DNA of 64,000 nucleotides from Vicugna vicugna (GCA_013265495.1 MU061698.1:2618068-2682067), one strand, 5' to 3'. Counted from the first letter of the stretch, positions 11,501-23,730 are shown. Made by a program: numbers and translations. The notes: a model not told the origin generated them from the letters alone.

Positions 11501-14500
11501 TTAGGAGTTATTATTTTAGAGCTCAGAAAGCCACCTCCCGGTCCTGCCCAGGGGACTGGTGACAGGTTCCGACATCAGGGCTCTCGAATTCCAGGCAGGG
11601 GTGGAAGAGTCTGCAGGCCTGGTTCTCTCAGAGACCAGAGGATGCTGCTGCAGCTCCACAGGAACTCAGGACAGTAATGAAAGAATTTACATATTTCTGC
11701 AGAAAACCAGAACATAATAGAACCTCCGTCTTTCGCACAGAACAACTGGCCAGAAGTAATACATTTCAGCAGGACCATGATCTTCTGCTTTTGGCGCTTT
11801 CCTTGTTAGAAGTGGAGATCACACACTGACATTTCCTCACCTTTCAGGGTCGTTATCAGCAGGTGGGATGACGAGTGTATTCCATGGGTTAGTTACTGGG
11901 AGGAGCTACATAACAAGTGTCAGAACAGTTTGTCTTTTGAATAAGAACGTAAAAACCACAAACCCAAACTCAGAACCTCCAAAACCTGACCCTCAGAAAA
12001 TCCTTCAGACTATTTTTAAGGATGTTTAAGGATATTTATAATCCTTCAGCTAAAAAAAAGAATCAAAGTTTTGTTTTTAAATGTGTTGCTAAAAACAAAA
12101 TATATTTGGAAAGAAAACAGAGGGAAGAAGCACATTTTGTTATGTACTAAAGATTAATTTTGTGTGGCACCAAGGAGCACCTAAGCCCCGGAGGCTGGTT
12201 CTGGAGCCTGGAACAAAGTGGGATGGAGGAAATGGAAGAGCTTAAGAAGTAATGAGCTTCTTGATGCAGGTGACGTTTAAGTAGAGTCTGGATTATCCCT
12301 TAGCAATAAATCTGTAAGGGAATTGTAACATCAAGTGGACCGAGAAGCAATAGGAAAAGAGGCATCTTGTTCATAGTCTTGTGGGGGCTCAAAGACAGGG
12401 TGTTTGTTCACGAGTGCAGTATGTAGCTATGAGCTGATACGAATATCCATTTGTATATTATCAAAAAAGCTTCTGATTCATGCTGTATGTACTGGATTAT
12501 ATTTTGACAGCTTTTCCTATCTTACAGTTATATAGATATGGAAAAGCAAGTAACAATTGAATCAACCTTCCTCTATGCTTTTCACTTCTCACTGACCCGA
12601 AGTATCTGGAAGCCATTTCTCCTGATAAGGACCTTCCAGAATCTGTGATACGTAAAGCAGAGGGTTTTCTATGGGTATAACCTATGCTCTCCTGTTGTTT
12701 CTGGTGCCTTAAATATTCCTCTCTCGACTTCTAAATCAAGCCGATGAATCAGTACAAGATTTCTTAATAAATTTCACTCTTCCAGGAAGCCTCACTGATG
12801 CCACTGGGAAGAATTACTTTTGCTGATGCTACATTCCTTCCTCTGGAGTACAGATTGAACCTCTTTGATCTCACTGCAGTTGGCCTGAATCGAAGTTACT
12901 TACGGGCTGATTCCCTTAGAGTGATTATTAAATTGAGTAGATGAGTAAAAGATAAAGATTTTAGAAAAAAGTATAGAGAAAATGTGGACTGCTAAGGACG
13001 CTTCCTGACTGACTGAGCAGGGAAGTTGCTCACTTGATCTGAAGTATAGCAGCTCCAGATACAAACATTTGTTCAAAGAAGAATGAAAGCTAGTCTCAAA
13101 AATCAATCAGCCAGAAACATTTATGTGGAAATTTTGAAGTACCCAGGACTCTTCTCGCATATGCAGTACGGGCACATGGACAAGACAGGTCTTACTCTTG
13201 AAAAGACAAAGACAAAGGGAAAAGGCTGGAAGACTTTGTGAACGTTGACCAAGAAGTGGGAATTTCATGGATGACACAAGCACCAGCTTGCTTCCTAGTC
13301 TCAGACTGACTTTGACCTTGGTAACATCAAAATCAGTAAAGGCCATGCCTGTTCTGCTCACATGGGAGACCTACCCTCCTCCATCCTCCACTCTCCTGGG
13401 TCTGAGTCCTTGGGAGGATGTCCACATTGAATGCCAGTTTCCTTTGGATGATTCCAATTCTACTTACTTTCAGCCCTGAAGAAAGTGGTGTTATCTGGTC
13501 TGATCCAAAATGATTGCTACATTTCATTGAGTAGATTGAAATAAAATTAGGAAATATTGTTGAGTCCAACTGTTCAAAGGAGAAGCAGAAGGGTGATCGG
13601 ACTTGATACCATGTCACTAAATGAGGAAAGCTGAAAGAGTAGTAATATCCAACCTAGAGACCAAGATTTAGGCATTAGACTTCTTTTGTAGCTTCAGAGC
13701 CAGAGTTTCATTTAACAAATGGAAGAATTTTCATAGAAAAAGCTGCCCCAATGGTAGAAAGGACTGCTGTGAATGGTACTACATACCAGCCAGGTCTAGA
13801 AGATGTGGGAGGGTGACTTGCCAGGAAAATAACAGGAGATTCAGATCCTTAAAGGACCCATGAGTCTATGTGTAGAACAGCACTGGGGCTTGGGGTCAGC
13901 TATGACCCTCTACACTGGTACAGAACACAAGATGACATAGTGAAACCTGGCTCAATCTTGGTAGATCATTCTACTCCTGGGGCTGAAAACTGAATTTAGA
14001 AGCTGTGTTCAGTACCAAGTTGCTTGAATGTGAGTGTCATTTAATAAGACTTCTATTTGTGTGTGTTAGGTAAATGTATCAGAGTTAGATGAATGATGTT
14101 TTCCCTTGCCCATACATGGATGAGCATCTTGGAAAAAGTAACAAAGACACACACAGAGAAGGACTTATGCAACCATCTTAAAGTATCACAAAGGAATTAG
14201 CTGTAGGTTTCTCTGTTCTTTCTAGTATATATAACTTTTTGCAAGTAGAGTATCAATTTATGCTTATAACAAAGGTTAGAATGAGAGATACTGAATAGTG
14301 TGGTTAGAAACTGCTGTAAATTAAATAGCAATCAGAAATAAAGGGCAAAGATTCCAGTAATTTTTTGTGAAGTATCAATGGGGAAAAGTCAATGAGTTTA
14401 ATAAAATGCATCTTCTACCAACTGGCTATGAAATAAGCCACTTGCATGTTGAATAACTAAAAATAGAGTCTACAACTTTTTGCAGAAGGGCTGGGGAAGT

Positions 14501-17500
14501 AAAACAGAGAAAGGAGTAAGTGTTCTCCCTGTCTAGATTGAAGGGAAAATGTGTTATTCTATATTTCTTCCTTTTTAAACTTAGTACGGTAAAATTGGTT
14601 TTCTGTGCTTTAAGTAAAAAAGGAGAAAAGCAGTACAAATCGAGTGCAGCCGTTTAGGCAAGACATTACAGAAAGCGGGTGACTGGATTTAAACAAGAGA
14701 CCCCAGGCCGAAGAAACTGCTCGCTGTGCTCACCAGGTAAGCCCACTGCAAAGGGATGAAACACCGGCGGTGCGAAACTAGAAACATCTGACCCTCCGAG
14801 ATGCTTCGGGTGTAGCGTGGCTTGCCCAAGAGTAGGTAAGAACACGCACCGCCGTCCATCAGAAAGAGACTGAGCTACAGCCCTCCCGCAGAGGGATGAA
14901 AGGACGTGGGTTATGAAAGTTCTATGTTGTTACGGCCATACCACGGGGCTGAGAAGACGCTCTCATTTCACTCTCTTCTGACAAGGGAAAAATACATTGT
15001 TAGCCATAATGATTTTTAAACGCCTCATAAACTTGGAAACACAAATATTTTATGTGTTTAAACAACTATGATTGCTAATCATTAAAACCCCTGTGAAAAC
15101 TCTCAGAGTGGGACTATGCAAGAATTCTCTTGTCATCGTTTTAATTGACCTGCCCCTTCACTGGAATTCTTCCTTCCCTCCTGAGTCCCTCTCTTCTTGG
15201 AGACAGGTTAAAAAACAAAACAAAACAGAAACAACGACCTCTGCCTATATATCAAAACAACACACCCACTGAGACTATCGTTAATTCTGGGCAGATTCAC
15301 GTATGTGCTGAATTATGTATGTACTGGGTATGCTTTTACTTTGCTCACATGTGACCCTCCCAAAAAGGAAAATCAAGGTCAACTTGGAGAAAATGGAACT
15401 GAGGACAGAAACCAAAAATGGAAACACATTCCTAAAATCATCAGCTTTTTCCAAAGAAACTAAAAAAAATGGATAGAAAGGACATGTTTTTATCAGTGTT
15501 AGTCAGAGTTCAAAAGAATCTCAGACCTAAATGCTTGACGGAGAGACCCAGCTTGTTCTTCTCAGGTTGTTTTCATAAACAGACTGCAGGCCTGTCATCT
15601 GTGCTTCCGGAAAGCCTCTGCTGCTGCCCCACCCCCTGAAAAATACTGTGTATTAGGTTTTCAAGTGTTCAAGTATTAGGATGTAATATTATTGTCGGGG
15701 AAAAAGGCTGATATGTGTAAAAATTCTAGAAGGATAATCGTTTTTCCCTGCCATAAGGAAAATTCTCAAGTTTCACTGATCTAAAATAACCAGCCACCAC
15801 TTAAAAACATGATTGTTTTGTTGGTCAAAATGCTTTGGATTAAAAAAAAAAAAGAACCTTAACCTAGTCTTAGAAAGATCATTTTGCATATAGCTGGGAA
15901 AAGTAGGGCAGTCATAAGTGAATTTGCCAAGAACTCTATGATCTGAATCCCTGACGAAAACTCATTAAAATAAAACTGAAAGACTCTATTATCTCACCTC
16001 ACTTTATGAATAAACACAATCTGGAAAATATGCCCTTTTAAAGGAAGGATTTGTGGAGGTTGCATATATCTTGCAGTAGAACAAGTCTTCCCTTAATATG
16101 ATCGTAATTCCATAAGGAGCCTAATGCATTGATTTAATTTATTTGTGAACAGTCCAAGCGGAATAGCATCAATGAGTAGAAATCAGGAGGAACAAAGGGA
16201 GGCAGGAAAGAAGGGAAGAAAGGAAGAGGGAGGGAGAAAACGAGGGAAAGCAAGAAAGAGGAAGGACTCTCATCAAGTCATATAGCTTTAATCAGATCAC
16301 TTTTTAAAGGTTTGGAATAATAAGTCAGCTTAACAACAGCCTCATAAGAAAAGTTACCTGTGGAGGAAATAATTTGACCTGAAATGTTCATGACTGCACC
16401 ATCAAAATGACTCAGAACCAAGATCCTCAGCTGGTTCTGTCCACCATTAAATTAGAAAACAAAACAAAACAAAAACAGACAAATCAAAAAGTTATGGCAG
16501 TTAAAGAAGTGGATAGGCTGAACGGGTGTTAAAGGCGCAAGCGGAAGTCTCTGGCTTCATTATCGGACAAAACCAGAGGAAGGCCACCAAGGCAGGCCAC
16601 CCAATCATCAACAACATCCAAGACACACCTCGTGGCATAAGGATGCTTTCCTAGTTTAGGAATCTACAAGGCACTTCCAAGAGACGGCGAGGACAGAAAT
16701 ACTGTTAGCATACACGAAGGTGAAGGGTTCAGACTTCTCTGGATTTTGACTTTTTGATCAGTGTATCTTTGAGACGTGCGGGTGGTAATTTACGTGATAG
16801 ACACTTGAGTGGAGCATTCATAGTAATGTAAAGTTCTTGAAAAATAAGGCAGAAGTACACGTGGCTCTCTGATTGTCTCCCATGAAAGTGCACCAAAAGA
16901 GCGATCTCAGGAAATGGACTTGAGGCACATTTCACAGAGGTATATCTTTTTCAGCCTCCTGGTTTCCTACAGATGGCTAAAGCAGGGTATGGAACATGCT
17001 GTCATATTTCATTCATAACACACATGTCCTGTAGCTCCAGGCAACAGATGGACAATCGCTTGTTTAAACTACAAATGTGAAATCCTAAGGTAGAACAGCA
17101 ATACTTCTAGAAATGTATATGGCAAAAAAGGCCTACCCAAGCCAAGAGGAGCGGCGAGAGGCTGTGAGGTCACATCAGTGTTTCCCTGATCTCCCTAGCA
17201 GCTGCCATCATTTCCCCAACACTCTTCAAAACCTGATAGTGGAGGGACCAAGGGGCAGCCGAGGCAGATTTGACAAGAGAAGCCCCAACCACATCAAATA
17301 GAAATAACACTGTTATTCCTGGCTGGTTCACATTAATAGGATATTTACTAACTAGGAAAACCATTGGAAGTTGTGCTTTCAGAGTCCTGTCCATATTCCA
17401 TAAACCCTCTTGACAGCCCCGTGCTAAAATGCTCTTTTCCTTCTTCTCCACCCAAATATAAAATACTTATTGAAATGGAGTTAGAGTTTTATACACTTGA

Positions 17501-20500
17501 AACATCAAAAACATCTTTGCAGAATCTTTCATAGTGGGACAACAGTGATAGGGCTGATAACTCCACTGTGTTAATCAGCATACACTCAATGAAGTAATTT
17601 TGATCAGAGAAGCTGCTCCTACAGAAACAATGTGTTAATGAGAGGAAAAAGAACCCCTATCTTTGGGCTGCTTAGACATCTGAGATCTCAAAGCCCTCAT
17701 GCATTTTGCTTGGACACAAGACTTATTTTTGAGTCTTAAAGGCCAATTTGCTTGCAGATAAGACTCCACAGAGTTGTCTTGAGCTGGGGATCCAGGCAAT
17801 GGAGAAATCTCATTCTGAAATGGTCCACAGAGCCCAGGACATAGTGGGTTTTTTTTCCTTTTCCAACGTCTCTCACGTTACATGGAACTACCAAATATTT
17901 GTGTTCTTGACAATTTAAAAAAAAAATCAGTATATTTTTACAAACTTTCTCTTATAGACTCTCTGATTCTTTTCCATTATTTATGTATTTAAATGATAAC
18001 CATCAAGGCAATACATCAAAAGATAGAATTATAAACCTTAAGGTGATAGATCTTTATATCTCTGTTATAGGCAAAATTTCATGTAACTAAAACAGTAAAG
18101 AGTGATTTGGCATTGCTGACACCAAACAATTAATAGAAGACAAGATAGCGATATAAATCATAGAGTTAAGAAATCCTGAAATAAAATATTTTAGGATCCT
18201 TTCCTTATTATACCTTGTGAAAGAAAAAAAAATCTAAATCTAAATATTCTGTATATGTCTGTGTGCACATTCATTATTATAAAAGTATGATAAGTCTATG
18301 TTAAAAAGAGATTTACTTTAAAAATCTTTGGTAAAGATACTCTGAGGTTATGTGATAAAAATGCACTATAAAGATTGTAAGCAAGCAGATTCTGGCAATG
18401 CCACAGGGATGGGTCTGTGACAGCATTTCTCACAACATTTTTTTTTGGCATGTAAACATTCAGTTACATAAGGACTTAGATGTAACAAACAAGTAGAATG
18501 TTATTGCATTTTATAGTATAAATATTTCATAAATTCTCCCTCTTTTGGCAAAATTCATAATAGGATGACTGCACTTCAAGAGATAAAGGTCATCCCTCAA
18601 TAAGTCGGGTTCTTTGCTTTTGACCTAAAGACAGTTTCTTCCAAGTAGGTCATAGGAAACAAGTCAGTGAAGCAATTCAAGCAGATTACATTATCACCCC
18701 AATTGTCTAATAATCAGTGCTCCTTGAGGTCATCAGCATGCTCTGGCTTTTAATTTGGAAATCAGAAGTTCAGAAATACAGTTGCCACTGTAGCTTAAAA
18801 TTCACACACTGCCCGTAGTGAATCCCTTATATTTCACATGATGAGAAATATAAGACATAAGGGCTGCGAGGTAAGGAAAGGGCAGTGGTCAAAGGAAACT
18901 TTGAAAAGCTACAATTCTGGTGGCTCTAAAATAAAACTGGTGACCCTAGCAAATGAGCCACAGATTAACTCAGAAGAGCCACAGGCTTAAGAATTTCTCA
19001 TTGGAAAAAAAAAAATGTTTTTTTTTGGAACCACCCTTATGATTATTCCTACTAAAGTAAATTTAACCGTGATTCTTGTGGCCAGTGTTGTAATTCAAAA
19101 CATGCACAAATAATTTTTCATTTCTGAGTGTTAACAGTAAAAATTTAAAAAAAGTCAGACTAGAAAACTGACTTTATCACTTTTTTCTAATCATGAAAAA
19201 GATACCTGTGGAATCAGGGAAGGGTTTAAAGGGAAATGTTAACTATATTTGTTACATTTGTTTCTTAAACTGGGTGTCACAGAGATTCATTATATTATTA
19301 TTTATATTTTTGTGTATATTTAAAATACTTTATAATTTAAAAGTATATACTTGTGGAAGGTTTGAAGAAAAGTTTAACTAATCTTAATTCAAAATACTTA
19401 GTCTACAAAGCGGTAACCTGCTTCTAAGAGAGGCATCACTCCTTAAAAGAAACACGTTGGAACCTAACAAAGCAGATGTGGTTCTGCAGTTGGCAGGCAA
19501 GCATTCCACTGCCCAATAAGAGTTTGAATAAAGATTCCAGGCAGAGACTCTGCATATTTTTAGCTCAAAAAGGCATTTTTTTTTCAGTGATTGTCTTTGA
19601 AAGTGTGGTATAAATGTCACATCGAAGATAGGAAAATGTCTTCTGCAATATGTAATTTGAGTTGCAGAAGGATTATAAAAATAATGAAACTGTGGTTTCA
19701 CAATCTTTTCAAGCTTTCTTGTCTTTTTAAAGTAAACTAAAGAAAACTAACACAATTTTATGTGCTCTGATTTGCAATTGTCAAGCAAAAAGGACCTGGG
19801 CCAGGAGGAGAAAAAAAAAAAAAAAGGAATTTGAACTGTGCTTTATAGCTATCTTCTTCTAGAGAAAAAGTCAATTTTGGTAGTTGTGTTTAGAAATTAG
19901 AAAAAAAGTGGCAATATTTCTGCTATGAAAAAGTGGGACAGTATTGGAAATGTTACATTCTAGAGAGAACCAAGTTTGTATTATTATGTCCAGCTAGCAC
20001 GGAAAAGGAAAATCTTAAGATCCATATTTTGGGGGTAATAATGAGCTTTTCAAATGTAAGCCCCAAACACTTTATCCAGCACACTTCATCTATAGTTTCT
20101 TTAGAAAAAGACTGATGTTTGGTTTTCTCTCACCAATATCTGTTTTCAAATGAACCCTGGCCCCACTGGTCACTATAGACTTTGAATTTAAAGGGCTGTA
20201 TATTAAATTTGGACTTGTTTTAATCTATGTAATTTGTAGCTTAAACGCTTTATAGCCTGACATATAATTGTGCATTTTCCCCCCAGGGACACGATCAGTT
20301 TAGAGTGACAGAAAGATCTATTTTTCAATACACAGTAAAAAGAATGGCTATCTTTTATGTTCACCGGCAATGTGGAAGTGATAAGATGGAGCCTTCAAGC
20401 CTAAAAGCACCTGTGAGCTGGCAGACTCACCCGGGGAAAACTGTGTGACAGCAAATACCACACTAAAACAAGCCATTCAACCAGATGAAAAGTGAGACAA

Positions 20501-20827
20501 ACACAGGGATTAAAAGTTAAAGGAATGCAGAAGTGAATGGGATGGAGCATAATCCGTGCAAAAATGTGGAAGTCCTTGGGAACAAAGGCCCATCAAGGTC
20601 CTACATGATTAAATGTGAAATGTGTATTTGGTAAGAACTTAACAACAGCAAAAAGTCTCAGACTGTGTGTGTTTCTAAAGAAAGGTTAATAGTGGATGAA
20701 GTAGAGACCACCCTATGGCTTGATTGCCTTTCCTCTCTTTTCCTACATCTTTTCTTATGTTTTTCTTGTGTTTCATTTTCCTCATTTTCTCAGAGCCACC
20801 AACTAACGGCTAAACAGGCAACTGAAC

Positions 20828-20956
20828 TTAAAGGTCAGTGCTCGCCTTGGCGGTCAGCACCCTGATGCGGGCGGAGTTGCAGGTCTTGCAGAGAATGTGT
20901 CCATCCAAAGGGTAGCAGCCTTGGTTGTCTCCCTCAGACAGGAGACCGCCACAATC
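20828..20956 (-). CDS. LPP: LPP last coding exon (end of LIM3 plus PDZ-binding tail), 129 nt including TAA
   Basis: Acceptor tcttcatttttccag|GAT TGT; encodes DCGGLLSEGDNQGCYPLDGHILCKTCNSARIRVLTAKASTDL*. Branch point CTGAC at 20986-20990. The C-terminal STDL is the known Scribble-PDZ ligand of LPP. Confidence 0.97.
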   Translation of the reverse strand, partial: DCGGLLSEGDNQGCYPLDGHILCKTCNSARIRVLTAKASTDL

Positions 20957-21346
20957 CTGGAAAAATGAAGACACAGGACAAGGATGTCAGTGCAAATGTT
21001 AACATGTGTCTTTGCATTCCATTCAAGGCCAATTACTACCTTTCCTCTTCACACACCACCAACCCCCCCAATTCTTCCCCAGGATATAGCACGCTATGTC
21101 TTGCGTTAAGTTGAAGTAGAGATTAGGGACATAAATGTGAATGGAATGACCCTCCTGAGGTCACTTAATGGGAATATAGGTCCAGGAAGAGACCAGCCCG
21201 AGGGTCTAAGTCTCCAAGTGGTGGAGCTGCTCCCCTTGCCCGAACAGCAACAGCCGCAAGAACCAGAGAAAATAAAACAAGAATAGATCCTGAACTTCAC
21301 TCACCTTTACCGCTGACATTAGCTTATGGTTTTCTCAAAAAATAAA

Positions 21347-21384
<38 letters not shown>
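21347..21384. repeat. (AT)7(AC)12 microsatellite; (UG)12 on the LPP sense strand
   Basis: Read directly from the sequence. Confidence 0.95.
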
Positions 21385-21385
<1 letters not shown>

Positions 21386-21929
21386 GATGGAGGGACAGAA
21401 TTTCTTGGTAATTCCAGGGTAAAAGAGAAACTGTAGAGGGACTCCTGCTAAGCAGAAGGGCCACCAGTGGGTCTGCATGCCCACTCCAACTTGAGAAAGA
21501 AGATGAAACTCTAAGGTTTGTGGGGAGGAGTGATCTGTCATACTTTCTAAAGGGTACAGTGTGGTGTAGAGGAATGAGGGTGGGGCTGGGGGACAGGGCG
21601 CCTGGGCACCACCCTAGCTCTGTCCTGGCAAGGAGGGCCAACAGCCACTCTGGAAATAATTCCTGCAATTCCTACCTTATGAAGCTATTGGGAGAACAAA
21701 GGAGGAAAATGGGTGTGAGTGTCCTTTGAAAAAAATGCAAACAGCTTCATAATGGTAAGGAATTATACTGCTGTTGGCAGCACCCCTGAGCATCCATTTT
21801 GGAAAGTGTTACATGACAGCTAAATGCTGGCCTTCACCTCTGGAGGAAACAGAAGTTTCTTTGGAAAAGAAAAATATAGCGCTTCATCTCATGGTGTGTG
21901 CCCTTGCTACCATTAGTAGAAAGTCTTTT

Positions 21930-22247
21930 TTTTTTTAATTGAAGTATAGTCAGTTTACAATAGTGTGNNNNNNNNNNNNNNNNNNNNNNNNNNNNNNNNN
22001 NNNNNNNNNNNNNNNNNNNNNNNNNNNNNNNNNNNNNNNNNNNNNNNNNNNNNNNNNNNNNNNNNNNNNNNNNNNNNNNNNNNNNNNNNNNNNNNNNNNN
22101 NNNNNNNNNNNNNNTGCCATGTGCAGCAACATGGATGTTCCTGGAGAATGTCATTCTAAGTGAAGTAAGCCAGAAAGAGAAAGAAAAATACCATATGAGA
22201 TCGCTCATATGTGGAATCTAAAAAAAAGACACCGATGAACTTATTTC
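21930..22247 (-). mobile_element. Short young L1 insertion with 5' inversion, spanning an N gap
   Basis: Left side: poly-T plus reverse-complement L1 terminus (aattgaagtatagtcagtttacaa). Right side: plus-oriented L1 ORF2-end/3'UTR. Flanked by a 14-bp TSD with one mismatch (21916-21929 and 22248-22261). Confidence 0.75.
21968..22114. other. Assembly gap (147 N)
   Basis: N run inside the inverted L1 insertion. Confidence 0.99.
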
Positions 22248-22844
22248 GTAGAAACTCTTTTAAAAGACCACAGGGCCTGTGTCCCTCACTTGTGCTGCCT
22301 ACCATGACAGGAAGGGGGTCATGGAGGTTCCTATCTGAATCTGACAGATAATGAAGTTTAAGTTCAAAAAGGGTGTCGCTCAGAGCAGCAGCACCAGCAG
22401 CAATAGTTATGTTCCTGGGAAGGTCAACTTTACCCAAACGAATAGGCAGATATTTTGCAGCTCTAGACGCATTTGGGACACTGAGCGATGGAGCTAAATG
22501 AAATCTTTTCATTGCAATAAAAAGAAAAAAGTTCATGAATGACATGGATTTAAGAATTCAATGAATGAATGCCGACAGTCACCTGGGCACTCTAAAGAGC
22601 CCAGAGTCAACCACTGGAACCAAAATGCCTTGAATCTTAGAAACAAAAGGAGCCACAATGGGGGAATCCAAAACCACCTGGCTTTATGGGCAGGGAAGCG
22701 AGCAGCAGAGAGGGAAGTGATTCGTCCAGTGTTAGGCAGTGTCCTGCCCTCTTTAATATTTTTTCCGTTTTTTTCTTTTCATATTGTTTATTTGACAAGT
22801 TAAAATGGTATTTTTAAGTTTTTAAAAAATTTTTTAAAACAACA

Positions 22845-22970
22845 TTATTGTGGTATAATTTCTATACAGTAAACTACAGATATTTCAGATGTACAATTTG
22901 ATGAATCTTGATAGATGCATACACCATGAAACCACCACCACAATCAAGATAGCTAACATTTCCAGCACCC
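22845..22970 (-). mobile_element. L1MB-like 3' end fragment
   Basis: ttgtggtataatt...gatgtacaatttgatgaat...caccaccacaatcaagata...aacatttccagcacccc resembles an antisense L1M 3' end. Confidence 0.65.
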
Positions 22971-22971
22971 C

Positions 22972-23180
22972 CCATGAAAAGATGCTCAACATCGCTTATT
23001 GTTAGAGAAATGCAAACCAAAACTACAATGAGGTATCACCTCACACCAGTCCGAATGGCCATCATTAAAGTCCACAAACAATAAATGCTGGAGAGGGTGT
23101 GGGAAAAGGGAACGCTCCTACACTGCTGGTGGTGCAGCCACTGTGTAGAACAGTATGGAGCATCTTCAAAAAACTTTTAA
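22972..23180 (+). mobile_element. L1 ORF2 fragment
   Basis: Translates to [33 protein letters not shown]..., the classic L1 ORF2 C-terminal region, then becomes disrupted. Confidence 0.85.
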
Positions 23181-23676
23181 TTCAGTGTACCTGCCATTCT
23201 ACAGTGTTGTTTCTGGGGTTAAAAAAAGGGGGAAAAAAGCACTATCTTTTTAAAGCAAACTTATTTTGCTCTGCTATCATTTAGTTGGGGAGGAGAAAAG
23301 GTACGTATCATGCAACTCTTCACACACAAAACAAAACCATGAAATAAGCATGTATGTAGCCAGAGCAAGTGTGGGAAGAATATTGGAATGCCTTAAGCCT
23401 CAGTTTCCCGATCTGCAGAATGATCTCTAAGGTGTCTATTAGCTCTTTCACACTTATGATTCAGGTCAGTTTTAAGGCTGGACATCACTGTTTCTCTGTA
23501 GTCCTAAAAACCTCATGTAAAAGCCGAAGTTTTTTATTCTCTTTGCTCACGTTAAGGTCAGAGAGGCAGGTAACTTGGGCTGGAGGGCAGAACAAAGCAC
23601 ACTGCATAAAACAGCTGGTCAGTCACAGCTAAGGCAGGGAACGGGGTGACTGCAGTCTGGGAGGGCAGGGGAGACG

Positions 23677-23730
23677 GCCAGCCCGGCCAGTCCCGCCAGC
23701 CCCGCCAGCCCCGCCAGCCCCGCCAGCACC
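23677..23730. repeat. GC-rich 9-mer tandem repeat (GCCAGCCCC)x6
   Basis: Units: gccagcccg, gccagtccc, gccagcccc x3, gccagcacc. Confidence 0.95.

Larger units (their letters stand above)
5845..20827 (-). other. LPP: Putative very long LPP 3'UTR (~15 kb)
   Basis: Runs from the stop codon to an AATAAA pair at 5933-5938 and 5862-5867. Nearly free of recognisable transposons, which resume beyond ~5.3 kb. Mammalian LPP is known to have a very long 3'UTR. The exact cleavage site is inferred. Confidence 0.7.

Noticed and set aside
1046-15421. CArG boxes at 1046-1055, 6087-6096 and 15412-15421 (LPP is an SRF/myocardin target)
   Set aside because: About five CC(A/T)6GG matches are expected by chance in 64 kb at this base composition, so three is no enrichment.
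22845-23180. Second opposed-orientation L1 pair resembling a twin-primed insertion
   Set aside because: The two pieces look like different-age subfamilies and I found no TSD, so independent insertions are more likely.
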